Part shown: piece by piece, positions 11,312 through 21,549 of the stretch
Layout of the letters: each line of letters starts with the position of its first letter
How positions within the stretch are numbered: the stretch's first letter is position 1
Source of the DNA: Macrostomum lignano
Lineage: Eukaryota
Reading direction: 5' to 3'
NCBI GenBank assembly: GCA_002269645.1
Contig: NIVC01002272.1
Coordinates: 40,891-104,890, forward strand
DNA length: 64,000 nt
The notes under the pieces: model-generated
Told to the model about the DNA's origin: nothing
What the model saw: only the letters and a program-made list of their open reading frames with translations
Databases searched by the model: none
Program-made: the position numbers and the translations under genes

Positions 11312-12018
11312 GTTTAGAAATCTACGAAGAAGTTAAACTAAGACATAATTTATAGCTACCTACCATTTGAAGCAGCCGTCAAATTGACTCTTCTCTTCTA
11401 CTCGTCCATGTTGACAACCCGTTATTGTAGCCAAATATACCCGGTAGATAATAAATAAAAACCATCTGGAAGCTTTCAGATCCTCAAAATACTCTCTGAG
11501 TATTATTTTAGGTATTACTCCTATTAGTATGTCTTTCATTAGGTAAAATTTATTTGTGTCCTACTAATTTTTAAATCAAGGACCACTAGAAGTACATCAA
11601 TCAGGACGCTGCAGTCAAAGATGGTATAATTTTTGGAGGCTGATTTCCGTAAAAAAATGCACTGCGGAGATTAGAAAAAATCAACTCTATTTTATATAGT
11701 TGTGCAGTGAAAGTTTTGTTTTTACATTTTTTATAAGCCCGAAGTTGTTAATACTCACAAGTTGAATTACGAGCGTAGTTACATAAAATACACCAGAGCA
11801 ACATGCTGTTCATGCTAAATTAAAAGAATGCTAATCTTCACTAATCCAGATCAAATGCAATCATTGATTTTGTAATGAGCCTTCAAAAGAATTACACGAT
11901 CTTTGACTGTAGCGTCCTGATTTACTGCTAGTGGTCCTTGATTCAAATCAGAACTTTACCGAAAGCGAACCCATCCAACCTGCTCTCTTTACAGAAGACT
12001 TGCATTTTTTTGAGAAAC

Positions 12019-13287
12019 ATGGACGGTCAAAGCAGCAATGCGACTTCCGCCGGTACAGGACAACTCGAAGCGGCGTCAACTTTGAGTGAACGTCAGCGAG
12101 ACCAGATCCAGCATATTAGTCGGTATAGAGATGTGCTTCTTCTAAGACTTGAATCCATGCAGATAAACCAGGCTGGCCAGCCGCTCAGTCTTCGGCATTT
12201 AAGCAACGTAGTTGACTGGCCAGAGTATTACGTTCGAGTCCAGACTGGCTCTAGTAAAGTAGACGAGTTGATTGCAGATTTAGATACGTTTTTCGGCGCC
12301 AGTCTGGCTCAGCTGAATCAGGTGCGCGATGAGGCCAGACAGAAGCTGGCAAGATTTTTTCCGAGCTCAGTGGAAGCGGAGCAGCTTGAGTTGCGCATGT
12401 TCCAGCGTCTAAGATCTTGTCAGGAGGCCAACGAGTCGAATTTCGAAGAAATCTATCAATTTGCAATGGTCGCTCTGTGCTCATTTCTGCACTGGCTGCA
12501 GCCGTCGCCTTGGGAGCGTCGGCAGCAACTTAGCAAACGAATGCACTGGCTTCACGAGCAGTACCAGGACACCATCAAGCAGCGCATTGACGCAGAGTAT
12601 CGAAGTAATCCTTTCTACGCTCAGACGCTTCAGAGGTTGTGCCTTGTGTTGAAAGCGCCGGATTCTTTCTTGGAGAAGCGCTCATACTCCGAGGGCATTG
12701 TCGGACCGGTTGATCGTCTGGAAGCGTTTCTGCAAAACTTCTCCAATCAGACGGCTGAGCAGCGCCTTAAAGACCAGCTGATCTGTCGGATGCGGATTTT
12801 CCATCGGCAGCACGGAGATTACATCAGAAAGCGCATGGAAACTAGCAGTATTAGCCCGGTCGTCTTGGACAAGCTTCGTAAAATGCTCGCCGACTTTGAA
12901 TCACCCGAGTCATTTTTCCTGCATTATAAAGACGATTTGGAAGCCATGCAAAAATTGCTGGATCGATCCGAGTCCACTCTTGAAGCCGTATTGCCGGACA
13001 AATTGCATCCGAGCTTGCGCAAAGTCCGCACAGAGGCTCGCGCGAAATTGGCGCAATTGTATCGGAGTCCCGCACTTGGTGACTACTATGTAGACCTGCT
13101 GCTGAAGCTGTACCCGAAACCAGAGAAGCTGGAGACTCACCTGTACAACCGGTGTCGAAGGGTTACATCGGACAGTGCCGAGCTGGTTTTATACGAGCGA
13201 TACATAAAGAATCTGCTGATTGTGCTCAACGGTCGCTGGCATGAGAGCCTGTTAAGACCGTTTCTAATCGAAGAACGCGAGCTTTAG
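12019..13287 (+). CDS. MED15-derived paralog 1: Mid-KIX-Mid-Mid-KIX architecture, 422 aa, single coding exon
   Basis: Acceptor AG at 11993-11994 and ATG at 12019. Segments align by eye to the MED15 at 21550: LRHLSNVVDWPEYYVR and DKLRKMLADFESPESF resemble EKLRQICNILETPENFVR, and VRTEARAKLAQLYRSPALG resembles LRVETRRKLANLYRSPAPG. Confidence 0.8.
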   Translation: MDGQSSNATSAGTGQLEAASTLSERQRDQIQHISRYRDVLLLRLESMQINQAGQPLSLRHLSNVVDWPEYYVRVQTGSSKVDELIADLDTFFGASLAQLNQVRDEARQKLARFFPSSVEAEQLELRMFQRLRSCQEANESNFEEIYQFAMVALCSFLHWLQPSPWERRQQLSKRMHWLHEQYQDTIKQRIDAEYRSNPFYAQTLQRLCLVLKAPDSFLEKRSYSEGIVGPVDRLEAFLQNFSNQTAEQRLKDQLICRMRIFHRQHGDYIRKRMETSSISPVVLDKLRKMLADFESPESFFLHYKDDLEAMQKLLDRSESTLEAVLPDKLHPSLRKVRTEARAKLAQLYRSPALGDYYVDLLLKLYPKPEKLETHLYNRCRRVTSDSAELVLYERYIKNLLIVLNGRWHESLLRPFLIEEREL

Positions 13288-13339
13288 TATCGTAGCTACG
13301 CTCGTAGTTTGCGCGACTTTTTGGTGATTGGGTTTCTTA

Positions 13340-13604
13340 GGCCTAATGGAGAGATGTGCAACAGCTCAGGCGTAGGTTTAGTGCGACGCATCTGAAGGCT
13401 GTTTACGGCTGTTCAGTCAAAGGACCGGGATAGGGGGTCGCCGCACACACCCTCAATTACCTCAGCTAATGCTGCTGGCACCCATTTTACAGCTGGTTGA
13501 ACAATGCAGAGTTAAGTGTCATGCTTGTTTCAAGTCGGTCAAGAATCGAACCCCCGACTTTTTAGTCGTGAGTCCGACGTTCTAACCACTAGGCTACAAC
13601 CCCC
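13340..13604 (-). mobile_element. tRNA-derived SINE, copy 2
   Basis: Minus-strand head GGGGTTGTAGCCTAGTGGTTAGAACGTCGGACTCACGAC..GGTTCGATTC; same body as copy 1. Confidence 0.85.
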
Positions 13605-14342
13605 AATTGATAATATATATATAATACCTGAACACTATTCGAATACATGTATATTGAAATCTACTGATCTTGTAGGTCATTGTTATAAAATAAGATTTTA
13701 TCTTGATTCTGGGATTTTGATCGTTTTGCACGCCGATAGCTGAACACGTCTGCGAAGTGTTATTTGTGCTCACCACAAAACGTACTCGTTGTCGAAGTCT
13801 GCTAAAACTGGCAATTGAAGTTACGCAAAGAACCCAGCTTCTAATCTGCGGGGTCTATCAGTGTGCATTTCTACTGTAGGTGTAAAACTCTGTTGCCTTT
13901 GATTGCTTTTATTGCATTCATTTATCTCCTTTATTCGAAACTAAGTACGAAATTTTGACTGGCGCTCAGACTTTATTAATCAGTAAAGCAAAGTTTTTTC
14001 AGTTTCCGCATTTCAACACTGCCGCTCAAGTTTAACGCTTGTATGCAATTTTGTAGTTTTCAGAAAATACAAAAATGACTAAACTTGTTTGCTCTTATCT
14101 TTGATAATTTTTCTTGTTTTTCTTTAAATTGATTTCAAACCAACATACTAGGATAGAAAAATGGAAGTGCTAGACTGCTCTACATTTCTTAAATAGAAAG
14201 ATACAGTCAGTTGATAAAATTATTATTTTAAAACTTCGGAAGCGAACTATACTAACGACGTTTTTAGCTATATGAAAAGACTAAAAAATTGTCATGTAAT
14301 CCTGGGTCCAAACCTAGGAATATATAGATCGTATATTCACTA

Positions 14343-15279
14343 CATGGGCCACTATATTTACTACTTGGGCGCGTCAATAGAGTCCTAGGGGTGTTTGGGG
14401 TTAGGTCGGGGTTCGGGGTCCCGATGAATGTTCAGGATGGGGTTCGGGGTTCCCGATAAATGTTCGGGATCGGGGTTCGGGACGGGATTTTGGACCGGGA
14501 TTTCGGGGTTTTCGGGGTTCGCAAATTTTCTGAATTCCCATAGAACTACGAAAAAATCCTTATGAATTAGCTTTTTTCGTTTTTAACGTGATCGCTTAAG
14601 GCTTATGACGCTTAAATCCAAAGCTTTATTTAATGCTTTTCTGTGGTCGTAAGTTTCGTTAATAACATTTATAAATACGCGCTCTTTCAAATACTATATT
14701 GCAAAACTCGTACGATCGTACTTAAATAACTTTTGCATAAATATTGCCTTCTACACTGAAATATATTGGCCAAACAGGCTTCTTGCCTGAGCCAAACTTA
14801 CTACTACTACTGTGCACGTGCATATTCTAATACATACTTTACATGACGGACTTAGCTTTTGACACGTGCCGTGCCGTCCATAAACTGCGATGATTATCAA
14901 GTCAAAAATATTTTTTAAACTTATGGTATAGGATTAGTACTATTACTACTATTATTTTTCTATAATTAAGTTTATATGTTTTTAAGGTATTGTTTCTTAG
15001 AAAAAGATTTAGAATCTTAAGAATTTTAAGAATCATAGAAATGTTTAAATTTATAGACCTATTCTTCAATAGAGAGTCATATCTCTATTAAAAAACAGGT
15101 TTATAAAATAAAATCCCCCAATAATGTCCCCAGGTCCTAGATAGATGATCCGATGAGGTTATCGGGGTCGGGATTAGGGTTCAGGACGGGGTTCGGATTC
15201 CCAAAAGATGTTCGGGATCGGGGTTAACCTGGAACCCCGAAAAAAACGCCGTCCCGAAGACCCGTACAATAGACCCATG
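14343..15279. mobile_element. Probable non-autonomous DNA element with GGGGTTCGGG sub-terminal repeats; ends uncertain
   Basis: Clusters of GGGGTTCGGG/CCCGAA motifs at 14386-14521 and 15160-15266 flank an AT-rich core. Candidate ends are CATGGG/CCCATG flanked by TA; no unambiguous TSD was found. Confidence 0.4.
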
Positions 15280-16199
15280 TATTTCTTGAAAATTTTAGCG
15301 ACCACCGTCTACTTAGATATAGTTTAAGTTCAGTAGTTTGAGCGATAAGTGCGTACATTATTGTGCTATAATTTTCCGATCCACATGTACTCAGCAACAT
15401 TGAAAATTCGCCACTCTATGCAACACCAGTGAGCAATTTCTCTTGGACTGTTGTGAAATAAAAGATACGAGAAAACTAATCGGGGTAGCTTTAATCCGTC
15501 CGACAAGTTGCGTCACTAGCAAAGAATTGAGAGACTTTACCTGCACTCTCAAAAGTTTTCGATTTTTCGTTATTCTTTTACGCCTAAAAACCATTAAAAT
15601 GGCACGACTCAGCTCATTGGTTTTATGATTATATTTTATCATATTAGCTGACTGTGTAACAGAGATGATAAAATAGATTCAAAAAACCAAAGGTTCAAGC
15701 TGTGCCATGCATTTTTAATGACTTTTAGATACAGGAAATGCACGTAAAATCGAAAAACTATTTAGAATCCTAATTTTCTGAGAGAAAGCTTTATAAATAT
15801 CAATAGAGCTATAACAAAGGCACAACATATCAAAATATAAACATTGGGTCTGCCCACAGATACTATAAACACTAGATAGGCCACTCCAGCTAATTTTCAC
15901 AACACGACAGTTTACTCTACTTTCTGCTTAGTAGTAGTAAAAACATTTTAGCGTTATTTATATTTTTTTAAAATAAAAAAAACAGATGAATGCAATGCAG
16001 CAATTGTATTGATTTTTTGCAAAAAGAAACTTATAATTATACTTTCCACAATTCAAAGCAACATTGTGAATGCTTTAGATTGCATAGAAGGCTATATTAT
16101 TGCAGTCTACTATTGTATATTTAGCAAATACGAGCTATATCATATACTCCATAATCCATATTCGTGTAGCAAAATAGAAAGATTTCTCATCTTAATCAG

Positions 16200-17360
16200 C
16201 TCATCTGTTTGTGAAACTCGCAGCGTGCTGTCGAAGAACAGGGTCGCCAGTCGCCCTTGTTCAGAGGCAGCATTCAGAACGGCCCAACAGATGAAAAAAA
16301 CTGGCGAATGCGCCACTTCAAGGTCCAGGGATGTATCCGATGGAGAGCCAATCCTCAGTGGTTTCGTAACAGGCAGCCGATAAGCAGCAGGACCTTTGTG
16401 GTGCAGCTGCAATGAGCTGCTGATGAGATGACATCCTTTGACCAGAGCACCCCTGACTGCGAGCGCCCTGCCGCCCAGTCGACCGCTGGAAGCTGCGCTA
16501 GCCACGCCTCCACAGTCCATGGATGCACGACTGCGCTGCACTTGCCTTGACCATCGAGAGTGGCCGCTGCAGCCGCTTGATTTGCCTGTCGCTTTCGGGA
16601 TTGCCGCTGCAGCCGCTTGATTTGCCTGTCGCTTTCGGGATTGCCGCTGCAGCCGCTTGATTCGCCTGTCGCTTTCGGGATTGCCGCTGCAGCCGCTTGA
16701 TTCGCCTGTCACTTTCGGGATTGCCGCTGCAGCCGCTTGATTCGCCTGTCACTTTCGGGATTGCCGCTTGATTCGCCTGTCACTTTCGGGATCGTTGCTG
16801 CAGCCGCTTGATCTTTGCCTCTAGCGCTTGGAACCCGCGAATCGGCTGCAGAGGTGAGAGCTTTCAGCCGCAACAGCTGTTCTCGGCGCAGAATCTGGTA
16901 GCCGAAGGTTGCTCTGCCACAGCACTGGCAGCAGGCAAGTCGCAGGCTCGGCTGCAGATAGATTGCTAATTGGCCCCAGCACTGGAGGGTACATGTCGTC
17001 TGCCTCTTCATCGTTTATCAGTCCTTTGCACAGAGGGTAGCTGGTCTATTTGAACGAGCCGAGGCAGCATCAACTCTTGGTGTGGGATTGCGTCCCAGCG
17101 AAAACAGATGTCTTGCACATCCGTGGCACTTTGTAAGGCAGCAGTAGGCCTCGTCCATAAAGTGCAAGCTGAACACACGGAGGCCCCGTGATTTAATTGT
17201 TTATAAAGATCAATATCCACGCTCCTGCAGTAGCTGCTGCCAGCGCTTCGCCAGTGTCATCTTTTGGTAATTTATGCATTCGCAACGGATTTTTCTTTCT
17301 CGGATGTTAATAGCACTAGTACAAAGCTCGTGCAAGTGGGAGCACAGCAGTGGTTCGAAT
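16200..17360 (-). pseudogene. Frameshifted THAP domain plus the start of a P-type transposase
   Basis: Across frameshifts the minus strand gives CCAPTC, MHKLPKDD-LAKRW, VCSLHF and DAIP (THAP motifs, ~17360-17085). These are followed by LQLHHKGPAAYRL and RLATLFFD, which resemble P-transposase LxLxxxGPxAY and CxLxFDEM. Confidence 0.65.
16562..16812. repeat. 40-bp minisatellite (~6 copies) inside the P-element relic
   Basis: Unit TTGCCGCTGCAGCCGCTTGATTCGCCTGTCGCTTTCGGGA. Confidence 0.9.
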
Positions 17361-18535
17361 CAAAACATTTCTCGAGTACAAGATTAGATAGAAAAGCTAG
17401 TATGCACTCGAACTTTCTTTAACTCTGACTCTTGTCCTGTTCATCTATATAAGCTTGTATTTAAGCACGATTCGCCACCCCCAAATTTTCTAACCCACAA
17501 CCTCTCAACCCCCACCCCACCCCTAACCCAGGCTAGCTATGTGCAGTCCTTTATTTTCTATCCCACCACCAGTAGGCCTAAATTATCGATCCACTCACCC
17601 TGCCTTATACGAAACTGATATTAACCCTATTCCAGACTACCCCCCTTCCTTCACTTTGAAAGATAGCGGCATTGCACACTGTCTGTCGCGTCTTAATGTA
17701 CACCAGTACTGCACAAAACAAGTTAGTTGTTTATGGCGTTAGCAAAACGATGTCTTAAAAACAGTCACTCGATTTGTCTAATTTAGCAAATAATACTGTT
17801 GCTTCCTTTCATTGCTACTAAGCAGAAAGTAGAATAAAAAACTTGCCCAGAAAATTAGCCTGAGTGGCCTATCTAGTGTTTATAGTATCTGTGGGTCTGC
17901 CTCCTATCGAAAGCAAAAAAAAATTTGTGTTCAAAAATAAAGACTTCCTTTTTTCGTAGGGTATTTTTCGGTGAACAGTGGCCTTCAAAACGTTTTTAAT
18001 AGATTTCGAGTGTTGCGTCCTTCTACTTTAGTATGGTCTACTTAACATGGTTGTTGCAGTCTCACGCAGAAACTGCGCGAGTTCAAACCCAATTGCGTCA
18101 TTCCAAAGAAGCCTCTATGTTCCTTTCGCTCCTCGACACTCAAAATATAGATTTTTTGGACTAAACTTGTACACACGAAGCCTTGAATGCCCTAGATATG
18201 TGCAAGTTTAGTCTATAAAAATCTATGAGAATTATTTTGAGTTTCGCTTCCTGATGAGCTAAAGGCTTCCTTAGCTTGCTTTTCAAGTTTTCGTTAATAT
18301 AAGTCCAATTTTCGTAACTTTTTTGTCAAACCCTGCTTGCTAGTGTCATTGTGAGCAGAATGACACATCATTTGTGTACATAGGTTACTCGGGCTCCACT
18401 TTATGAGCTCAAGTTGACAGGCCCTTTGGTTAAAGTAGTTCAGAAGCTGGATCCATTTATGCTAATTCATATCGAAAGTTATCAAATTAAGTTTAAAAAC
18501 CATCTTTCAGCGCTACCGCGGCTTCAGAGAGTAAA

Positions 18536-19615
18536 ATGGATAACCAAAACCGTGCCCTACGATACGTCATTGTGCCGCCACCGCAGCAGCTGCGTGCTGA
18601 GACTCGATGCAAGCTGGCTAATCTGTACCGCAGCCCTGCACCTGGAAACCAGGTAGCTCAGCTGCTGGACCGCTATCCCACCGCTGAACAACTTGAAGAT
18701 TCCATTTTCAGGCATTGTCAGGCTCAGCAGCGGAGTGGTGGCGTCAGCTTTGATCAGCACCAGTACCTGAGCCTTGTGTCCAAGGTGGAAGACGCGCTGA
18801 CGGGTCGCCTGTCGCATCAGCGACAGCAGCTGCGTGCTGAGACACGACGCAAATTGGCTAATCTGTACCGCAGCCCCGCACAGGGACACCATGTAACCGA
18901 GCTGCTGAACCGCTGTCCCACCGCTGAACAGCTAGAAGATTGCCTTTTCAGGTATTGTCATTCTCGCCAACAAAATGGTGGTGTCAGCTTTGATAAGCAG
19001 AAGTACCTGCACGCTGTGTCCACTATGGAAGGCGTACTGACCGGTCGCCTGCCGCTTAAGCCACAACAGCTGCAGCAGATGCGTGTTGAGACTCGGCGCA
19101 AATTTGCTAATCTGTACCGCAGCCCTGCACCTGGAAATCTGGTAGCCGATCTGCTGAGACAATATCCTACTGTTGAGCAGCTGGAGGATTTGGCTTTCAG
19201 GCGTAGTCAGGTGCAACAGCAGAGAAGTCGCGCCAGCTTTGATCAGCAGTACCTGAGCATTGTGTCCAAGCTGGAAGACTTACTGACAGGTCGCCTGCCG
19301 CCGGCGCAAGAGCAAAAGCTGGAGCAGATGCTGCAGCAACAGCAGCAGCGGGAGCAGCAGCTGCGTGTTGAGACTCGACGCAAGCTGGCTAATCTGTACC
19401 GCAGCCCTACACCTGGAAACCTGGTAGCCCAGCTGCTGAGCCGCTATCCCACCGCTGAACAACTTGAAGATTTCGTTTTCAGGCGTAGTCAGGCGCACCA
19501 GCGGAGTGGTGGCGCCAGCTTTGACCAGCAGTACCTGAGCCTTGTGTCCAACCTGGAAGGCATACTGACGGGTCGCATGCTAAGCCTGCTTCCATTCGAT
19601 GAACGCGAGATTTAA
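18536..19615 (+). CDS. MED15-derived paralog 2: four tandem KIX-like domains, 359 aa, single coding exon
   Basis: Four ~80-95-aa units (about 18584, 18824, 19073, 19357) of the form QQLRxETRRKLANLYRSPAPGNxVAQLLxRYPTAEQLEDxxFR..FDQQYLSxVSKLEDxLTGRL, nearly identical to the N-terminal domain of the adjacent MED15. Acceptor at 18509-18510. Confidence 0.85.
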   Translation: MDNQNRALRYVIVPPPQQLRAETRCKLANLYRSPAPGNQVAQLLDRYPTAEQLEDSIFRHCQAQQRSGGVSFDQHQYLSLVSKVEDALTGRLSHQRQQLRAETRRKLANLYRSPAQGHHVTELLNRCPTAEQLEDCLFRYCHSRQQNGGVSFDKQKYLHAVSTMEGVLTGRLPLKPQQLQQMRVETRRKFANLYRSPAPGNLVADLLRQYPTVEQLEDLAFRRSQVQQQRSRASFDQQYLSIVSKLEDLLTGRLPPAQEQKLEQMLQQQQQREQQLRVETRRKLANLYRSPTPGNLVAQLLSRYPTAEQLEDFVFRRSQAHQRSGGASFDQQYLSLVSNLEGILTGRMLSLLPFDEREI

Positions 19616-19734
19616 TATCGCATCTAGTTCGTGCCACATGTAACTAATTGTTTGTCCGATATATAAGCATTATTTAGTGTAATAATAAGTAATAATTTAC
19701 TACAACTGGCCTAATAGGAAAACCCACTATGGCG

Positions 19735-19866
19735 TATCGGAAAGCTGCGTACGGCTGTTCGGTCAAAAGACTGGAGTTGCCACACGTTCCAAGTAGGTCG
19801 AGAAACGAACCCCCCCCCCTTTTAGTCGTGCTCCGATGCTCTAACCACTGGTTTTAATAGAACCCC
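19735..19866 (-). mobile_element. tRNA-derived SINE, copy 3 (internally deleted)
   Basis: Retains TACGGCTGTTCGGTCAA and the head TTTTAGTCGTGCTCCGATGCTCTAACCACT; same position relative to the stop codon as copy 2. Confidence 0.75.
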
Positions 19867-21549
19867 CAATTTGTTATATATGAAGGACCTGAATATTATT
19901 CGAATGCATATTTGAATCTAGTGATCTCGTAGGTCATTGTTTTAAAATATGATTTTAGTCGTATTGCACGCTAGTTGCTAAACGCGTCTGCCCAAAGTGT
20001 TATGTATGCTGACCAAAAAATGTACTCGTTGCCGTATTTATCCCTGCCTGCCGAAGCCTGCTGAAACAGGCAATTGAAATTGCGCAAAGAACCCAAAGTA
20101 GCTACTATCTAAAACAGTAGCAACTTGCGCCCATATGCGGTCTATCAATGTGCATTTTTACTAATGGTGTAAAACCCGTTAAGAACGTTACCATGGCAAG
20201 AATCGCTAAAGAGTCATTGTAAACAACTCTCTAGTGAGTCTAGCGACTCTGGTGCAACTATTATGACTTTTTAACGACTCATGCGACGGAGAGGCGACTG
20301 TTGCGTCACAAGCGCGTCACGTGAGTTGCAGAATCGTGAAACAGTCGTTCTATTGTATTCATTTATCTGCTTTTATTAAGTACGAAACTGGCTGGCGCTC
20401 CGAATTTTTAAATCAGTGACGCAAAACTGTCGCAGTCGGTAGTTTTTTTCAGTTTGCGCATTTCAACAATTAACTACTGCTCAAGTTTAACAACTTTTGT
20501 ATGCAATTTTGCCGTTTTATCCAGAAAGTAGATACGAAAAGGACTGAATTTGTTTGTTCCATCTTTGGTAATTTTATTGGTCTTTTCTTAATTTATTTCA
20601 AACCAACAGGAAAACACTACGAGACTGACTTGAAGCCAAAAGCTACGTTATAATTCTCGACTCTTATTTTCGTTACCTCTTATACTTTTACGTTGACCAT
20701 ACACAATATTTCTATGGCTAACTGTGCCAGAATCATTTGAAGCGTGCATTCTTCACTTTGGTTGGTAAAGTTGACTTTTAGCGACACAAATGGACACCTA
20801 ATGCCAAACGAGCGTAAATCAAGAACAGCTGGCAACAGACCTCGGCAATCACACTAAGAGAGCCAACCAGCTAGGGTTCCTCACTGCCGCAAAATCTATA
20901 GGCAGTAGCACAAACACGTGCTGGACTATTGACACCCCTGTACTGACTCACTGGGGCGGAGCGGGGGTAGTGTGGAAAGGCGCGGTTGGAGGATTTCAGC
21001 TGCGGGGTAAGAGCCAACAAATGAGCCTTGGTTTTAAAAATGCAATAAAATGCTTCTGTTTAACTTACTACTGAACTGAAAGTAGCTTACACGCAAATGT
21101 GCTGAGTGGCTCATCTAGTTATTCTAGTATCTGGGTTTTTTGTCAGTTGAATGCACGCTTTATTTGATTCTGGCACAATTATTGCCGGATGGTTAATGTT
21201 TTGTCTATGGGCTTGCCAATGTCCAACAAGCATCATAGCTGAGACGCTGACATTCCAGCGTTACTCCACAGCCCACAGATGGTTGCGAGTAGGCAAGAGC
21301 TGTCAGCCTTGCTACATTAAGCAAACGTATCTCGGATTAAATTCAAGGCGCTTAAGCACAAATAGGCTGCAAAAAGCTATATTAAATACTTAATTATTTA
21401 TAGGGTATAAAATACTTTTGTAAACCTAATTTGTAGTGTTCCGTAAACTCAATCTCATTTCATATAAATTCATACCGTAAGCTGTAAAATAAAGTTTTGA
21501 AAAATGAAATCACCATCGTTATCTTTCAGAGCTACCGGCTTCAGAAAAA

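Larger units (their letters stand above)
15855..17893 (-). mobile_element. Internally deleted P-element-superfamily transposon (2.04 kb)
   Basis: Perfect 32-bp TIR CACAGATACTATAAACACTAGATAGGCCACTC, with imperfect symmetry extending to ~80 bp, and a perfect 8-bp TSD GGTCTGCC at 15847-15854 and 17894-17901. Contains THAP and transposase relics. Confidence 0.9.
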
